From NCBI RefSeq assembly GCF_009914755.1, contig NC_060932.1: a stretch of 64,000 nucleotides of DNA; one strand, 5' to 3'. Source of the stretch: the human T2T-CHM13v2.0 reference genome, Homo sapiens. The stretch's first letter is position 1. Each line of letters opens with the position of its first letter. Positions 1 through 17,032 of the stretch are shown here, piece by piece. Below the pieces are notes generated by a model. That model did no database searches, had not been told where the DNA came from, and saw only the letters and a program-made list of their open reading frames with translations. A program made the position numbers and the translations under genes.

Positions 1-223
1 TGCAGCCTAGACCTCCTGGGCTCAAGCAATATTCCTACCTCATCCTCCTGAGTAGCTGGGACTGCAGGTGGATGCCACCATGCCTGGCTAATTTTTATAT
101 TTTTTGTAGAGACAGGGTTTTGCCACGATGCCCAGGCTGGTCTCAAACTCCCGAGCTCAAATGATCCATGCCCCTCAGTCTCCCAAAGTGCTGGGATTAC
201 AAGTGTGCACCACCACGCCCAGC
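1..223 (-). mobile_element. Alu (AluJ-like), cut by window edge
   Basis: Antisense Alu sequence: CTCCTGGGCTCAAGC...CCCAAAGTGCTGGGATTACA...CCCAGCC. Confidence 0.9.
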
Positions 224-1367
224 CTATGATTTTACTTTCACTTAGTGAATTAAATTCATGTTTCTTTTTTTCTTCTACTATCTCTTTTTGCTTATTCTGG
301 CTGCCAAATAGCTCTTCTTGCTTATTTTTCTGACAAAACTTATTTTTCTATAAAGGTAGCTTACTTTCACAAGTAACCTAAAATTAATCTTTTTAATAAA
401 CAGATTATAAATATTTTTAATATTTTGATAGTATCTTTAATTATTGTGTGAATATATTTGAAGTGAAAGTACTAATATATGTAATATTAATATAAAAAAT
501 GCCAAGTTTTCTGCATTTGCATTTACTGTTGCCCAATTCTTAATTAAAGTATTATCTCAAGTGGATATATTTTATACATGGATATTTTTAATGGAAAATA
601 ACAAAAGAACTATTGTTAAAACCTACTCAAGTCTAAAACAACATGTATTTGGAGATTAATCAGATCAGGTTTAAAACTGTTAAAAAGTAACAAATATTCC
701 TTAAGTTTTCCCAGATAGAATGAGAAGAAGACAAATAAATTCAAGTCATCGAGCCCAAGCTAAAATTCCCTGGTTAAAAGAAGACCAGTGAAATATATTT
801 TTAGAGGAAGACTGAAGAAAGATATTTTACAGTGAGACACAAGCAAATTATTTGCTTGATAGCAGCTGCACAGTTTTATGTAGATAGTATGTATAAAAAT
901 CTATTGATAATATTTTAATACAAATTTTACTTGCTTTTCATGTGATAAGTAGGTGAATGATTTCTTTTTCCAACAGTCATTTAATAATGGTGGTCATTGC
1001 TTTAATTTAGTGAGGATTCTTACTACTCTTTTTAGGATTTGGATGTGTGTGGATGTTCTAATAGTCCTGAATTCTGGTTCTAGCAGTTTCAGCCAGTTGA
1101 AGCTATGATCCGAGATAAATGTGTACTGTTACTACAGAAAACTAATTTGATACCATCTTTTACTTGATATATCTTGTTTCCTTTTGAACTTCTTCTTAGA
1201 CTAGCTGGTCTTTAAGTACAATAGTTTAAGAGTTCTGCAGTTACATTAAAAATATAATCCTTATCTTTTGGATAAAAAGGCTTTTAACATTAAGTCCATT
1301 GCATGTCTCTTTTAAAGTTATAGTCACTCCACATCTTACACTTTTGTATGTCTCCATTCCCCCCACA

Positions 1368-1560
1368 CACAGTCCTTGCCTTACAATGGCCCTATTTAGG
1401 ATTTTTGGGTTTATTATGATGGTGCAAAAGCAGTACACATTCAATACATTCAGACTTAAGATGGGGTTACTTTGAAAACACACTTTTATACTTACGATGT
1501 TTTCAACTTATGATGAGTTTATTGGGACACGTTTCCTTTGCAAGTCAAGGAACATTTGTA
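1368..1560. mobile_element. Tigger-family DNA transposon fragment (MER47/Tigger3-5-like)
   Basis: GACTTAAGATGGGGTTAC, CTTACGATGTTTTCAACTTATGATG and AAGTCAAGGAACATTTGTA resemble Tigger terminal motifs. Confidence 0.55.
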
Positions 1561-2008
1561 CTTTGTTATTAGAATTAGCTTTGGAGGCTATAAAGCTTTT
1601 TCAATGAATGACAAAAGCTGTATTCATTAGACTTCTGTGTAGAAGATTCTGCCCAGGAATCACAATTGTTATGCTAGCATATTAGTTTCTTAATTAAACA
1701 AACTTTTTTTATATGCCTATTACTGTCTGACTGTGGAGATAGTGGGATTATGATGATCTGTAAGAGCCAGTGTTTATATAGCTTGGAATATACCAGAGTA
1801 TACTTACATGAATATTAATGTTATGAAAGTAATAACATGATGGATTAAATAGTTCTTTATAATTCTCAAAAGGCTCAATCATACATTCATGTCCATCATT
1901 ACAGTTTTCAAACACTGAAACACATTATCACAATCCCATTTGAAGTATGTTAAATATTTTGCCCAAGAGCCCATGAGTGGTAAATGCAGACATAGATCTA
2001 CTATATTG

Positions 2009-2231
2009 TAGGTCAAATTTTCTCAACCTGAGCATTATTAACATTTGACTTAGATCATTCTTTGTTGTGGACAGCTCCTCCATCATTTTACGATGTTTGC
2101 AGCATTCTTGGCCTGTAGTCACTACATGCAGTAGCATCTTTCTCCCTCAGTTATCACAGCCAAAAATGTCTCTAGATACTGTCAAATGTTCCTGGGGAGC
2201 AGGCAAAATCATCTGCCATTGGAAACCACTG
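2009..2231 (+). mobile_element. MER20 (hAT-Charlie)
   Basis: TTCTCAACCT...AAAAATGTCTCTAGATACTGTCAAATGTTCCTGGGG...GAAACCACTG matches recalled MER20. Confidence 0.8.
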
Positions 2232-2431
2232 ATGTAGCCGCCTGATGATTTCTCTAATATGTTACCTAAATTTTGGTAGAGCGATATTTCATATAAGTTA
2301 ATATGAAGCTGGAGTTATAGCATGTCTATATAATGGAAATGCTTTCACTGGAGTTTATTTACTTTAAATAGCTTGACAAAGAGATGGCATCAAAGAAACA
2401 AAGCCTTTGCAATCAGAAAGACCATTTTTGA

Positions 2432-2816
<385 letters not shown>

Positions 2817-4663
2817 CTAAATCTTCTCCCAGATACTAATTCAACTTCTTGAATCAATTCAATTTCACAGGCTCTCTAATTGGCATCTAGGTCTCATGAC
2901 TGCAATGCCTCCTTTTTAAGAAAATATTTTAATCTTTTATTTTATTTTCTGCATTTCCCAGTCATACACACAAAACACTCCTAGATATATAATAAACTAA
3001 TGTTTTCAATATTTTGAACCCTAGTGATAAACAATAAATATAGAAGAGAGGTATCTATGTGAGTCATTTTAGTGTACGTTAAATGTATGGGGAAACTGGT
3101 ATGTGTAATAGTGCTATCTAAGCATCCAGGTATGACTAGTGAAAAATCAAACATTTTTCTAAAGTAGAAAGATGCAATGAATTTTTTAAAAACTTCTCCC
3201 TACTGTATAAAATAGTATTATATTTTATAATACTAAATAGAGTATTAAATCACAAAAAGAAAACCATGTCATTGCAGTAACACACTGATTATAACTGATG
3301 AGAAACAAATAATTTTATATACTTCTATATTTTTATAGAAGTATTGGTAATTGTCTTATCTTTATCAAATAATATTCTTAGTGTAATAATATAAGAAGTA
3401 TAATGAAAATATTTACTAGAAGACACCTTATATGGGGTACCTTTTAATTTTAATTAAAAATTAATCTGCTGTGAGATTATATCTCAAGGAAGTATGAGTA
3501 TACTTATATACTTATATAGATACAGAAAAGTGCACAGATTATCCACCTATAGCTTGATAACGTTTACAACTATACACGCCTATGTATCCACAGATTAGGA
3601 TTTAAGCACAGAGACATGAGGATTTTTAAAAGACCTATAGTGGACACACATTTTACATGGTTTGACTTCTTATTAATGCAGTTATTAAATAAAAATGAAT
3701 GATGTAAATATTATACATAGTATTTTATCAGGTACCATAAGATATATGAATAACTACGCAAAGTTATAATGTAAAGAATTTCTTTGAATTTGGGAGGCAT
3801 ATAAATGGAAACTTTAGCCAACAATTCAAAACATTCTACTGTTGTGTGCCCAAGCTCATCTTCCTTAGAAAGGAACAAAGACTCAAGAAATCACATGATC
3901 ACTCTGTCTGATTAAAATGGTAATCTTGAGAAATGTTTCATCATTTAGTATTGTATCATGCATAGTTTCGAAAACCTACTTTATGTATTTATGTCCATAT
4001 GTTACATATTTTTATTATAGTAGCCATTAATTTGTGTATCAGAATTATGACATTATAAAATAAGTATTTTAAGACCAATAGCCTGTATACAGTACACAGA
4101 AATGGATGAGGGAAAAGATGGAGTAAGTAAACGTACTGAAAGGCAATATTGCAACACCCTACACAGGAAATGTTTTCACCTTGAATTAGGAAGACAAGGG
4201 GAATGAATAGTTAGAGACAAATAAGAAAAGTGTTATTTAGGATGAATCAACATAACTTGGTTATTGAATTGATAAAAAGATTAAAGTAGACAGAATTTGC
4301 TATGTTTGTTAAGAATATAAGTGTGCGTATATAGTATATGGGTTATTTGAAGAATAATTATGCCAAAATAAAATTAGGGAAATTATAAAGGCAAACTTTT
4401 ACATTTGCAGCAGGTAAATGGGTTCCAGTGTGTGTATATTAAAACTTGTATTAACCTGTTTCATAAATATGACAGTTTGGGCACAATGTCAGTTTTTGGC
4501 AGCTGGTTCTCATTCTTCCTAAAGCCCCAGTTCTCAAAGTGTTAGAGAAGATAAGAGGACAGATGAGGTCATAGCAGTAAACCCACACTGGGAACTAATG
4601 AGACAAAGAGTTGTCACTGTCTTGGCAGTTTTAACCAATCACACTTTCCAACATCTTTTCTGA

Positions 4664-4951
4664 TTTTTTTCGAGACAGGGTCTTGCTCTGTCTCCCAGGC
4701 TGGAGTGCAGTGGTGTGATCTTGGCTTACTGCAACCTCCGCTTCCCGATTCAAGCAATTCTCCTGCCTCAGCCTCCTGAGTAGCTGGGATTACAGGCACT
4801 CGCCACCATGCCCGGCTAATTTTTTGTATTTTTAGTGGAGATGGGGTTTCACCGCGTTAGCCAGGATGGTCTCGATCTCTTGACCTCATGATCTGGCCGC
4901 TTCGGCCTCCCAAAGTTCTGGAATTACAGGCGTGAGCCACCGCAACCGGCC
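4664..4951 (-). mobile_element. AluS
   Basis: Full antisense Alu dimer. Confidence 0.95.
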
Positions 4952-5589
4952 TCCATTGGTTTTTCTAATAATATGTCAGCTTTAATGAGCAATTATTACC
5001 CTGTGAAAACCACCTCTGGGACCTGAAAAGACATGGATTGTGCTACCTGACACCTCACCTCTAAGCCAGCTAGCTCCACAGGTTCACTTGTGATTTTTTA
5101 TTAACCTCATAGTGATGAGATTGAATATTTTGGTCCACACGTACATTGTTGTGGCAGAGTTTTACCGTATGTGACACAAAACGCACTCTAAGAAAAAAAG
5201 GGTTATTCAACCAATTAAGATATAAGATTATATTTTGAAATGGAGCAGTCTCTGTAAGAAAAAGTTGAACTCATATTTCTAAATAGTAATGGTCATTTTA
5301 AATGCCTGAGATTCCAAAGGAAAATTATAGCAGCAAACTAAAGAATGAACCTTAGAGAATGTTTGTATTTATGAGGTGGATGAGGAAACAAACAAACAAA
5401 AAAGGGAGTTGTCACAAATGTAAAGGATGAATCAGAAGCATATAATTTTAAATAAAAATATTTACTGCATTTGGTAAGTTGGAGGGAGATTTCAAATGAA
5501 GCTAGAAACTGAAATGTCAGGACTCATGTAAATAGAACCGATCTTCATTATTTGCAGATTCCATATTTATGAATTCTCTACTTGCTCAA

Positions 5590-5591
5590 AT

Positions 5592-5634
<43 letters not shown>

Positions 5635-5820
5635 GAGATAGGGCCTCACTCTGTCACCCAGGCTGGAGTGCAGTGATATGATCATGGCTCACTGAAACCT
5701 CAATCTCCCAGGCTCAATCGATCTTCTCACCTCAACCTCCCGAGTAGCTGTGACCACAGGTGCACATCACCACACTGGGCTAAGTTCTGGGTTTATAGAC
5801 CTGAGCCACTGCACCTGGCC
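5590..5820 (-). mobile_element. AluJ-like, internally deleted, with (TTTA)n tail
   Basis: (TTTA)n at 5590-5634 followed by antisense Alu; TCAAATTTAT on both flanks (TSD). Confidence 0.85.
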
Positions 5821-6009
5821 TCAAATTTATGTTTAACCTCTAAATCAATACGTGGACACTTTGGCATTCATTCTTGGACATATACAGAGTGGTGGAAATG
5901 TTTGAGTAACTCAGTGCGCATATTCCCAGTTGAAGTCCAAGGCAATGAGCAATGCTCTTCCTTCTTGTTTCAGTTCTCATGCTGAAAGTAAGTCTCCTTC
6001 TCCTTCTCC

Positions 6010-6562
<553 letters not shown>

Positions 6563-8288
6563 CAACAAGCATTCTTTTCACAACATGTTTAGTGCCCTGT
6601 TTGCCTCATTTTTGTGCTTATTGTTGGTGTTTAAAATGGTCCTCAAGCATATTGTTGAACTACTATCTAGGGTTCATTGGAGCAAAACGGCTATGATGTG
6701 CCTTATAGAGAAAATATGTGACTTATAGAGAAAATATGTGTTAGATAAGCTTTCAGATATGAGTTATGGTATTGTTGGATGTGAGTTTAATGTTAATCAA
6801 CAATATATATTAAATCAGTGTCTTTAAATAGAAACACACACAAAAGGAAGGTTATATGTTGATTGGTTCATGAAAATGTGTGAGCAAAGGCTCGCAGGAG
6901 CATAGCCCTATTTCTCCTAGGAGCAGTGGTTCAGTATTCGCTAATTCAATGTTCACAATGACTTTGTAAAAAAATGATTACCATGGATAATGAGAATCGG
7001 TATACAAACATATATATACACAGACATACACACATCCTTTTTGTGTTTAAGAAGTTAAAGTAGAAAATTGTAGTATACCAGTATTAGTTACAGTCTCCAA
7101 GAATACAACTATAAAAACATATTTAAGCCATTAGTAAATTTCATTATATTACAATCAGAATTCAAATAATTTTGTTTAATATTTGCTTCTGAAACTGGTG
7201 CACCATTTAGCTGTTTTGATACCATAAACAAGTAAATTTTATAAATGTAGATATATGAGATCTTTCAGTTATTTTGATTGACTCATTTATAAAATGTATC
7301 TTTGAGTGAGTCTATATTAGGATTTCTCCTTTTCTGTGTAAATTAAGTAAAATTCGATACTTTCTCTGCTAACTTTATTTAAACAATGCTTCTTGAGCTC
7401 TCTGTTATTTGATAGGAATTTAGTAGTTCAGAGAAATCAATTGACTCTTCTACTTCAATTTTTTGTCTTTCTGAAATCTTGAATAAAGGCTTTAAACCTG
7501 ATGGCAATACCTTTATCTCTAACCCTGTTCATGTGAGAGTGCATAATTGTGCATTTTGCAATTTCCTTGTCTCATTTGTTCTCTGTTGTTTATCTGCTTA
7601 CTCCTAAGGCTGGGAAAAGTGATAATATATGAGTGGCCCATGTAGTAGGTAGAAAATGAGGGCAAGTCCATGGATATCTTATCCATGTCTTGGTACTAGT
7701 GGCATGCAATAATATGGGCCTACCAAGGCTCCTAGAAGATTTTTTAAGCTTTAAGTTTTTTTTGTTAGATACACTGCCAATATATAGAAGAGACTATAAC
7801 ATCGGAAAATATGAGTGGTTAGTTACATTCAGGCCTTGCTGTTTGCAGCCTTAAACTTCATGTAAAACCTCAATGAAACATATTTTCTCTACTTTTAAGA
7901 TAAAGGATTTGAACAATTGATCTAATTCTCTCACAGCATTACTGTGATTATCAGAGGAATAAAAGGCATTTTTAGTACTCTATCTTTTCTTCTGTAAAAT
8001 ACTTCACTTTCTCTGTGTTTGAAAAATGAGGTCCCTCATAGAACAAGGTCAGTATTATGGGAGAATGAGTCATTTAATTCTAAGCTGTAACATGTTACAA
8101 TAATTTGTCTTAAAATGGTTCAATGCAGATGTCATAGAATGAGTTCAGATGGGTCTGCAGAGGCAAATTCATAGGAAACTTTGTTACCTCTCTGTTTGGA
8201 TTTATGAAACTGGTTCTCTAGTTTCATTGTATAGTAATGCCCAAAAAGTGAAAAGCCTAAACTTCTACTTTTTTTCATGTTTTTCTTA

Positions 8289-8932
<644 letters not shown>

Positions 8933-9899
8933 CTTAGCTGTAGGCAAAAAAAATGGGATATATCTTTATTCTTTGACTTTCTAGAAATGCCACTATCTCA
9001 AAAATATAAGCCTAGGAGACAGAGGGTGAAGGTAGGGTACCATTTTCTATGGTAGTGGGGATGAGTGATGCTTTTTTAATCCTATTAGTTTAATATAGGA
9101 AATGGACAATGATCATGTAAATGAAATTAATTACATAACTACCAAATGAACCAAAAAGAAACAGAAAAGGGTTCTGTGAGAGAGAACTATGGGGAAGATT
9201 CACCTTAAATTAGATGTGAATTTCCTTTCACTAATTTCTACTTGAATTATTTAGGCATACTCAGGACTCCTGTTGTATTTTTTAAGATTTTGAATTTGGA
9301 TCACCTTTCTCATCACAACATTTATCTTATTTTTAATTTTTAAAAATATTTAATTTTTAAACACTTAATTTTGTTGTCCTCTCCTCCAAACTTTTATCCA
9401 ACCACCATTCACCTTTCTCAAGAAGAGGAGCTACCAAAATAAGCTGGCGGTAAGGCCAGGAGGGTAATAACAAAGCAGAACAGAGTGCGTGTGCAGAGGC
9501 TACTGTTCCCTGCTCTAGATGTGAACCTGGGGACTTGTGCCACAGGATCCTGGAGCAAGAATCAGAGTTCCAACCAAGATATCTGGACCTGTCCCACTCG
9601 TCTCAAGGATAGATTGTGCCGGCCTAAATACATTATACCTGGAGAGCTGCTGGTGTTCTAGGCCTCCGGGAAAATAGCAGAGCTGTGATATTAAGCTGAG
9701 TTCCCCTATCCTTGATCCTCAGGGCACCAGACTTTGTAGTTGAAGGCATCACAAGCAGAGAGGTTCTACTTGTCACTTTGCAACAAAACTGGCAATTTTT
9801 TAGCTGTTCTAGCACCTGCCCACAAGGTTACTGTGCCTTACACTGCTGTGTGACTCCTTCATTTATTATACTCAGGCAGGCAGATCTGGATATGAAGGT

Positions 9900-10860
<961 letters not shown>

Positions 10861-11083
10861 AAATTTAGCATTTCAATACAAGAGGTTAGAATTGATAAAA
10901 ATTACATTTACAAAATATAGAGGTTAAAGGACTTTGGCATCTTATCTTTCCACTATCTAAGTATTTTTCTCTGTGGTGCAGTATGAGTCCAACTTACCTT
11001 TGTCTAGGATAATAAAATATCAAAATAATTATTTGGATGAAATATCCCTTTTTCACACTGAACTTAAACACTTTTATATTATA

Positions 11084-11373
11084 CAGTCAGCCCTTCATAT
11101 CTATGGGTTTCATAATCACAGATTTCACCACAGACTGAAGATATTTTCAAAAATAAATAAATGAAAAATAATAAAATAATACAAATAAATAATTATGATG
11201 ACTATGTAGCATCTACATTGTATTAGGTACTCTAAAGATAATTTGAAGTATACAAAAGGATGTGCATAGATTATATGCAAATACTATGCCATTTTATACA
11301 AAATGAGCATCTGAGGATTTTGGTATCCACAGGGTTACTGAAACTGCCCCATATGGATACTAAAAGACAACTG
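11084..11373 (+). mobile_element. MER2-like (Tigger) MITE
   Basis: TA|CAGTCAGCCCTTCATATC...GGATACTAAAAGACAACTG|TA: terminal inverted repeats with TA target duplication. Confidence 0.8.
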
Positions 11374-12763
11374 TATTCATTGGCCATATACACCAAATAA
11401 ATTGGAATTTCTCTTTTATCTCCGGATACTATTTATTCTTAAACACAACTATTCTGTTTTTATTATAATGGCTTTATATTATGTTTGCATATCAGATAAG
11501 ATCATCTTCACTATTCTTTCATTTATAACTTTTGGCTATTTTAAAATTTTTATTCTTTAATATGAGTTTGAAGTCATAACATCTAAAAACCCCTCTACCT
11601 CATCAAAAATAAATAAATAAATTCTTCCTGTAGCTGTCTTTGTACTTGGAACTGCACATGTTATTTTGAGAGAAGAGTTATTTTTATAATACTAGTTTTT
11701 ACATATAAGAAATTGAATCTTAATTATTGTTTTCATTTCTGGCTGATTATTTTCTAAAATGTTATTTTCATATCATTTTCGAAGATTTATACCAATTATT
11801 TTTTCTTTCCCTATTGTAAATACTAGAACATAAAAAATAATAATGATTAATACTGGTGACATTGCATACTCTTGTAGTAGTTCTAGATTAAGGGAAATGA
11901 TCTTAATACATCGCCATTTAGAAATATGTTCAATGTTGAGTTTTGGTATATTTTTAAAATTATATTTATGTGGGCACCTTCTATTCCAGTGCTTACTTTT
12001 TATACCACATTGAATCATGCTTCCCAAACATTACCTCTTAAATTTACACCTAGAGTGGAAGTGAATGGGGTAAGAGAAGAATGTTCTTTGTGCTCTGGAA
12101 AGTCAGCATTGGTAACATGAGGCACATATGCAATCATATACAGGAGACTGTATCAAAAATGGAATAAGATTTTCTTCCTATTTAGACTAGCCCCAGGCTA
12201 GTAATCCTATATGTATATTTTGCAACTTCCCACTGAAATACCCATGACTAAACTACAGTGTAAATTATGACAGGCATTCAAGAGTCAGACAGTATCAGGG
12301 CTACACCTCTAGCTGCAAACCAATAAATTTGTTCTGTTGCAGAAGTCTAAATGTGTAGGATAATAACTCTATTTCTCAGTCCAGCTTCATGGATCCTGTA
12401 GAAAAACAATGGTTCAGCTATTTGTCTCTTTATACAGATATAAGTCTTCATCATTATCATCATGATCATTATTTTATCATGATTACTTGATTATAAGCTC
12501 CATGAGGGCAGGGATTTTTCTCTATTTTTTCATGTAGAAATACCCAGTCACTAGAAAAGCATTTGACACATAAAATGTACTCATGTACTCAGTGTAAATG
12601 CTATACACTTCAAAGTTTATTATTTGCATATGTATTTTATTCACACTTTCAGTAAGTATTTGTGGAGCATTTCCTGGGTGACATACAGTATTCTAGGAAC
12701 TGCAGACAAAATAGTAAATAGAAAATAGAAGGTCTTTGCCTTCATAGAACTTGCTTCTTAAAG

Positions 12764-12941
12764 CAGTAGTTCTCAGATTTTGCTGCACATTGGAATCACC
12801 TAAAGAGTTTTTAAAACACTGATACCAGCTTCTACCTCCAGACTTTCTGATTTAATTCGTGTCTGATGCAACTTGAACCTTGGGGGTTCTTCAAAAGTTC
12901 TCCAGATAATTGTAATGTGCACCAGAATTTTTGAATCATTG
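12764..12941. mobile_element. MER5A (hAT-Charlie)
   Basis: CAGTAGTTCTCAGA...GCTGCACATTGGAATCACCT...TTCTGATTTAATT...TGAATCATTG. Confidence 0.8.
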
Positions 12942-15900
12942 GCCTAATATACAAGTTGGCATTAAACAATTCCGGGTTTCTTACTTGAGAGTGATAATAG
13001 ATTGTGTTACAAAAGCCACCACTTTACCCACTGTGTTTAGTTCATATTATATTCATATGTTTACTATTAATATTATTTTAATTATGTCCTATATTCTTGA
13101 ACCAAAAAAAAGTTCCTTATGGTATTTTTGAGAAACCAACCAACACTATTTTCTAAAAATACATTTATCAAAAAGGAGGTGAAATATTTAACATTTCAGT
13201 TGAGCCAGTTATACACCTACCTCTATTAAATGGAGATGCAAATATTGTTTACTTTTATCTCAATCAAATATCACATTAAAATGTTATTCTCCATATGTAT
13301 CTAAGAAAGCTTTAAAGAGGAATTTTGAGCAGTTCTTGACTACTTGACTGAACATATAATCTATTATTGTATTTTATATGGAGAAACTCTCTTATTTATA
13401 TGTTTATTTATTTATCTGGTTTCCAGATGCTAAAGTGTATGTTCATTATAGTACATTATAGTTCATTAAAATGTTCAAGTCTAAATTGCACTCAGCATAG
13501 TGAAACTGCTGCTATTTTTCTTAAACATTATACCTCTTCAGAACAGATTTGCAATAGGTACTGGCCCAAACTGATAACTTCCTTCCCTTCATTTTGCATA
13601 ATACAGCAATTTTGGTTTCAAAATGCCACCACAATCTTAAATATTCTGACTAGCTTTGCTGAGTTTGCAGTAGCAACAATGATAATACCCATTGTAAAAA
13701 CGAAATGCAGAAATAGTGACTGTCAAATCCTAACATGTTCCTTATATCCACACTTCAGTTTCCTTACCAGTATAATCTACATTCCAGTTAATAATTTAAT
13801 GCTAATCAGCTCCTTATCTTCTGAAAAGGAGAGTCTGCTTTGAATCATAAGGCAGCTGACCTTGAAGGTAGGTTTAATATATGCAGATTTCTTATATCAC
13901 CTCTAAGCTTTTTTTACTCAGAGCATTTTCTTGGTTACATTTAGCTCAGAGCTGTGCAATCATCATTTTGTCTATCCTAACAGTAACTGATTTAATAACG
14001 ATAGTTTTTACTCTTCCTTAGTTTTGGACTTTACATTTATTTGTATAACTAGTTTTAAATAACGTAGTGTTTTAATATGCAAATAAAATAAATATAAATA
14101 GTTCAGGTAAACCATAAATACTAGAAAGAATATAGTAGCATCTTTCTAAACAAATTCTGCTATTTCACAAGGTGCTTATGTATTTCTGTCAACTTTCTTT
14201 AGATTTTACTGTCAAATGGCATTTTTTAGTAGTGATGTGATAAAGATTTAAAATTGGTTCCTTGGACTACATTTTGTGAATTGAAATTCAACATGAATTG
14301 AGAAATGAGCTATAGAATTTTATTATATATAAAACTGTAAGCAAAGCTGTATTATTATAATAAAACTATGTAAGCAAAGCTATAGAAGTTCAGTTTAAAT
14401 TTTTAAAATTTTCAACAAATCGAGGACAGGAACATGTTTCAAAAATAATATCAAAATTAGAATTTTTACATGTTATAATAACTTCGGTTTAAATGTGTTA
14501 ATGAGTTAATGCGATTGCATAGATCTAAACTGAACAACAAAGGAAAGAGATAAGAAAAAATAATTTTTGTTTATCTAAAAATTACACATAATCTGGGCTT
14601 TAGGAAAAAAATGTATAAAGCTCTTTGGAAATAGAATCCCATCATAAGAGGCAATTTCAAACTTCTTTGTATATACATGGTAGTGACTTGCCTTAAATAT
14701 TAAAATACCCATCTTTGTTTGTTGTAATTTGTGAATTTACTTGTTTTCCCCCATCAAAATTAGGAAGAAGAAAATACAAGATTTCTATTTCAAAAGAGGA
14801 AGAATGGTTAGATTAGGACAGTGGCAGCAAGGAAATATGATTTTTTTTTAATTGAGATCCTTTTTGAGAAACAAAAGGTGGCTTTGCTTTGAATTAAAAA
14901 GTCATTTATGTTGGGTAGAGTTCTTCACTTAATGGTTTCCTGCTTACACTGAAAAATACACTGGGTTGATTTAGATTGTTATTCTTCTTCATTTAGCTTT
15001 TAGTGATCTCATTTGTGTAATCTTCATACTTGAAAAGTAGAATATGAAAACAACAAGAACTATAGATGTGCTTTGGAGATTGATATGTAGTGCTTTTGCT
15101 AGTGAAAAATAATCTCAAAGAAATAAGTTTAAAAAACAAATTTTCTTAACTCTATTTTACAGTAAAATGTTTTTATATTGTTATTAGCATTCCAAATTAT
15201 TTTCATGAAAATTATTTTATGGAAATAACCCTTATTTTATTAGCTTGCTTTCTATTTTAAATCACGCTGTGTAAGAATGATTAAATCAAATATAAAGTAT
15301 GGAACAATTTAAATGACTTAATGGTCTTCCAGATAAGATAGAAATGTTTCTGCTATTATCTTGAAGAATCAATAGTGGATTGGGTTGTCTTCTTTAAACA
15401 TCATGCTGTTTTCACTGCTTGTTATGTTGCTCTAAAGAAATTTAAATATTTCACATGCCAGTTGCTTGGGAGAAACATTTTTCAAGACAATTAGTTGTGC
15501 TATTTAAAATTAACCTTTTATCTACAAATAATGTTGTCATTCTCTCTGGAGTGTTTGACCTAACTAGAGCTAAGATGGAACATCTTAGCCTACAAAACAT
15601 GAGATTTCACTAAGTAAAAGTAATGTTTTGCTCAGTTTAGAGAACAGATACTGGAAAGCAATGTTAAGAGAGATTTTCAGTAGTTCATAGTTCATCATAT
15701 ATTTATATTTTTTGATACAGATTAAATTTATATATCTTTAGAAAATGTGTGCTACTTATTATAAATTACTGTTTTATGTATTGCTATGTATAAATGATGT
15801 GCTTCCCAATTTAACCTTTAGAAGTAAACTTAAAAGCACTCATAAATTTCTGTTGAATGTAGGGTTTAATAACATAGGTCTTATTTATTTAAGGATAATT

Positions 15901-16705
15901 TTCTTCTACTATCACTTAGGCATAAAATTAATATAGTTTTATTTTTAACTACTTAAGTTCTTAATCTAATGTAGCCTTAATGAATTTACCCATGTAAAGT
16001 ACTTGATGAAGCCATCATGAAAGGCTGCTTGGCTAATATCCATCAGTCCCCTTGCTGAAAATAACTGAATTTTAATGTGAATATATATAAAAAAAACCGG
16101 TAACTGTTTCATGTATCTAAGGTTTATGCAACTTAATTTAATAATTTCATTTTTTAATTGTGCCATAGACATGTTTATTGAGTTATAAAAACACCACAAT
16201 CACGAATGAATGGGAAACACAAAGAATTAGTATTAAGAGTATGCTGTTTGTTTTGATTATGATGCATAACTAAAAACCTAAAATTAACTGTAACTTAAAT
16301 TGTTTCTCTGTGGCTTTTTTTTTCTTTCTCATCCACCCTCTTCATTCTCCCTTCTCCTCTTTAAATAAATAAAAATATTCTGAATGTAGCTTAACTAGTT
16401 TTAGAAGTAGAGAGGAAGATTGGTTATAAAGAGGAATGTAAATTAATTTATAAACACAAGTTATCTCAAGTTAAAATCAATATAAGAGAGCCTGTAATCT
16501 CCATGTAGCCAAAACCTGGGATTAACTAAAGTACTCAATTTCCTTTGTAGATCATACTAATTAGTTTTCAGGGTAGGCACATCTTACCAATTTTATGCAC
16601 TTATCAAGAGTCATTTGGATTTGTTACCTAGTGTATGACTGCCATTTGTTCTTGTTATTTCATTTCACAATTTCGTTAAAAATTGTGCTATCTAATGCAA
16701 CATGA

Positions 16706-17032
<327 letters not shown>

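Noticed and set aside
3213-3235. 10-bp inverted repeat TAGTATTATA-TTT-TATAATACTA
   Set aside because: Expected by chance in very AT-rich DNA.
13367-13843. 158-aa ORF, the longest non-repeat ORF
   Set aside because: TTG start, low-complexity F/I/S/L composition typical of AT-rich noncoding DNA, no recognisable domain. The region looks regulatory instead.
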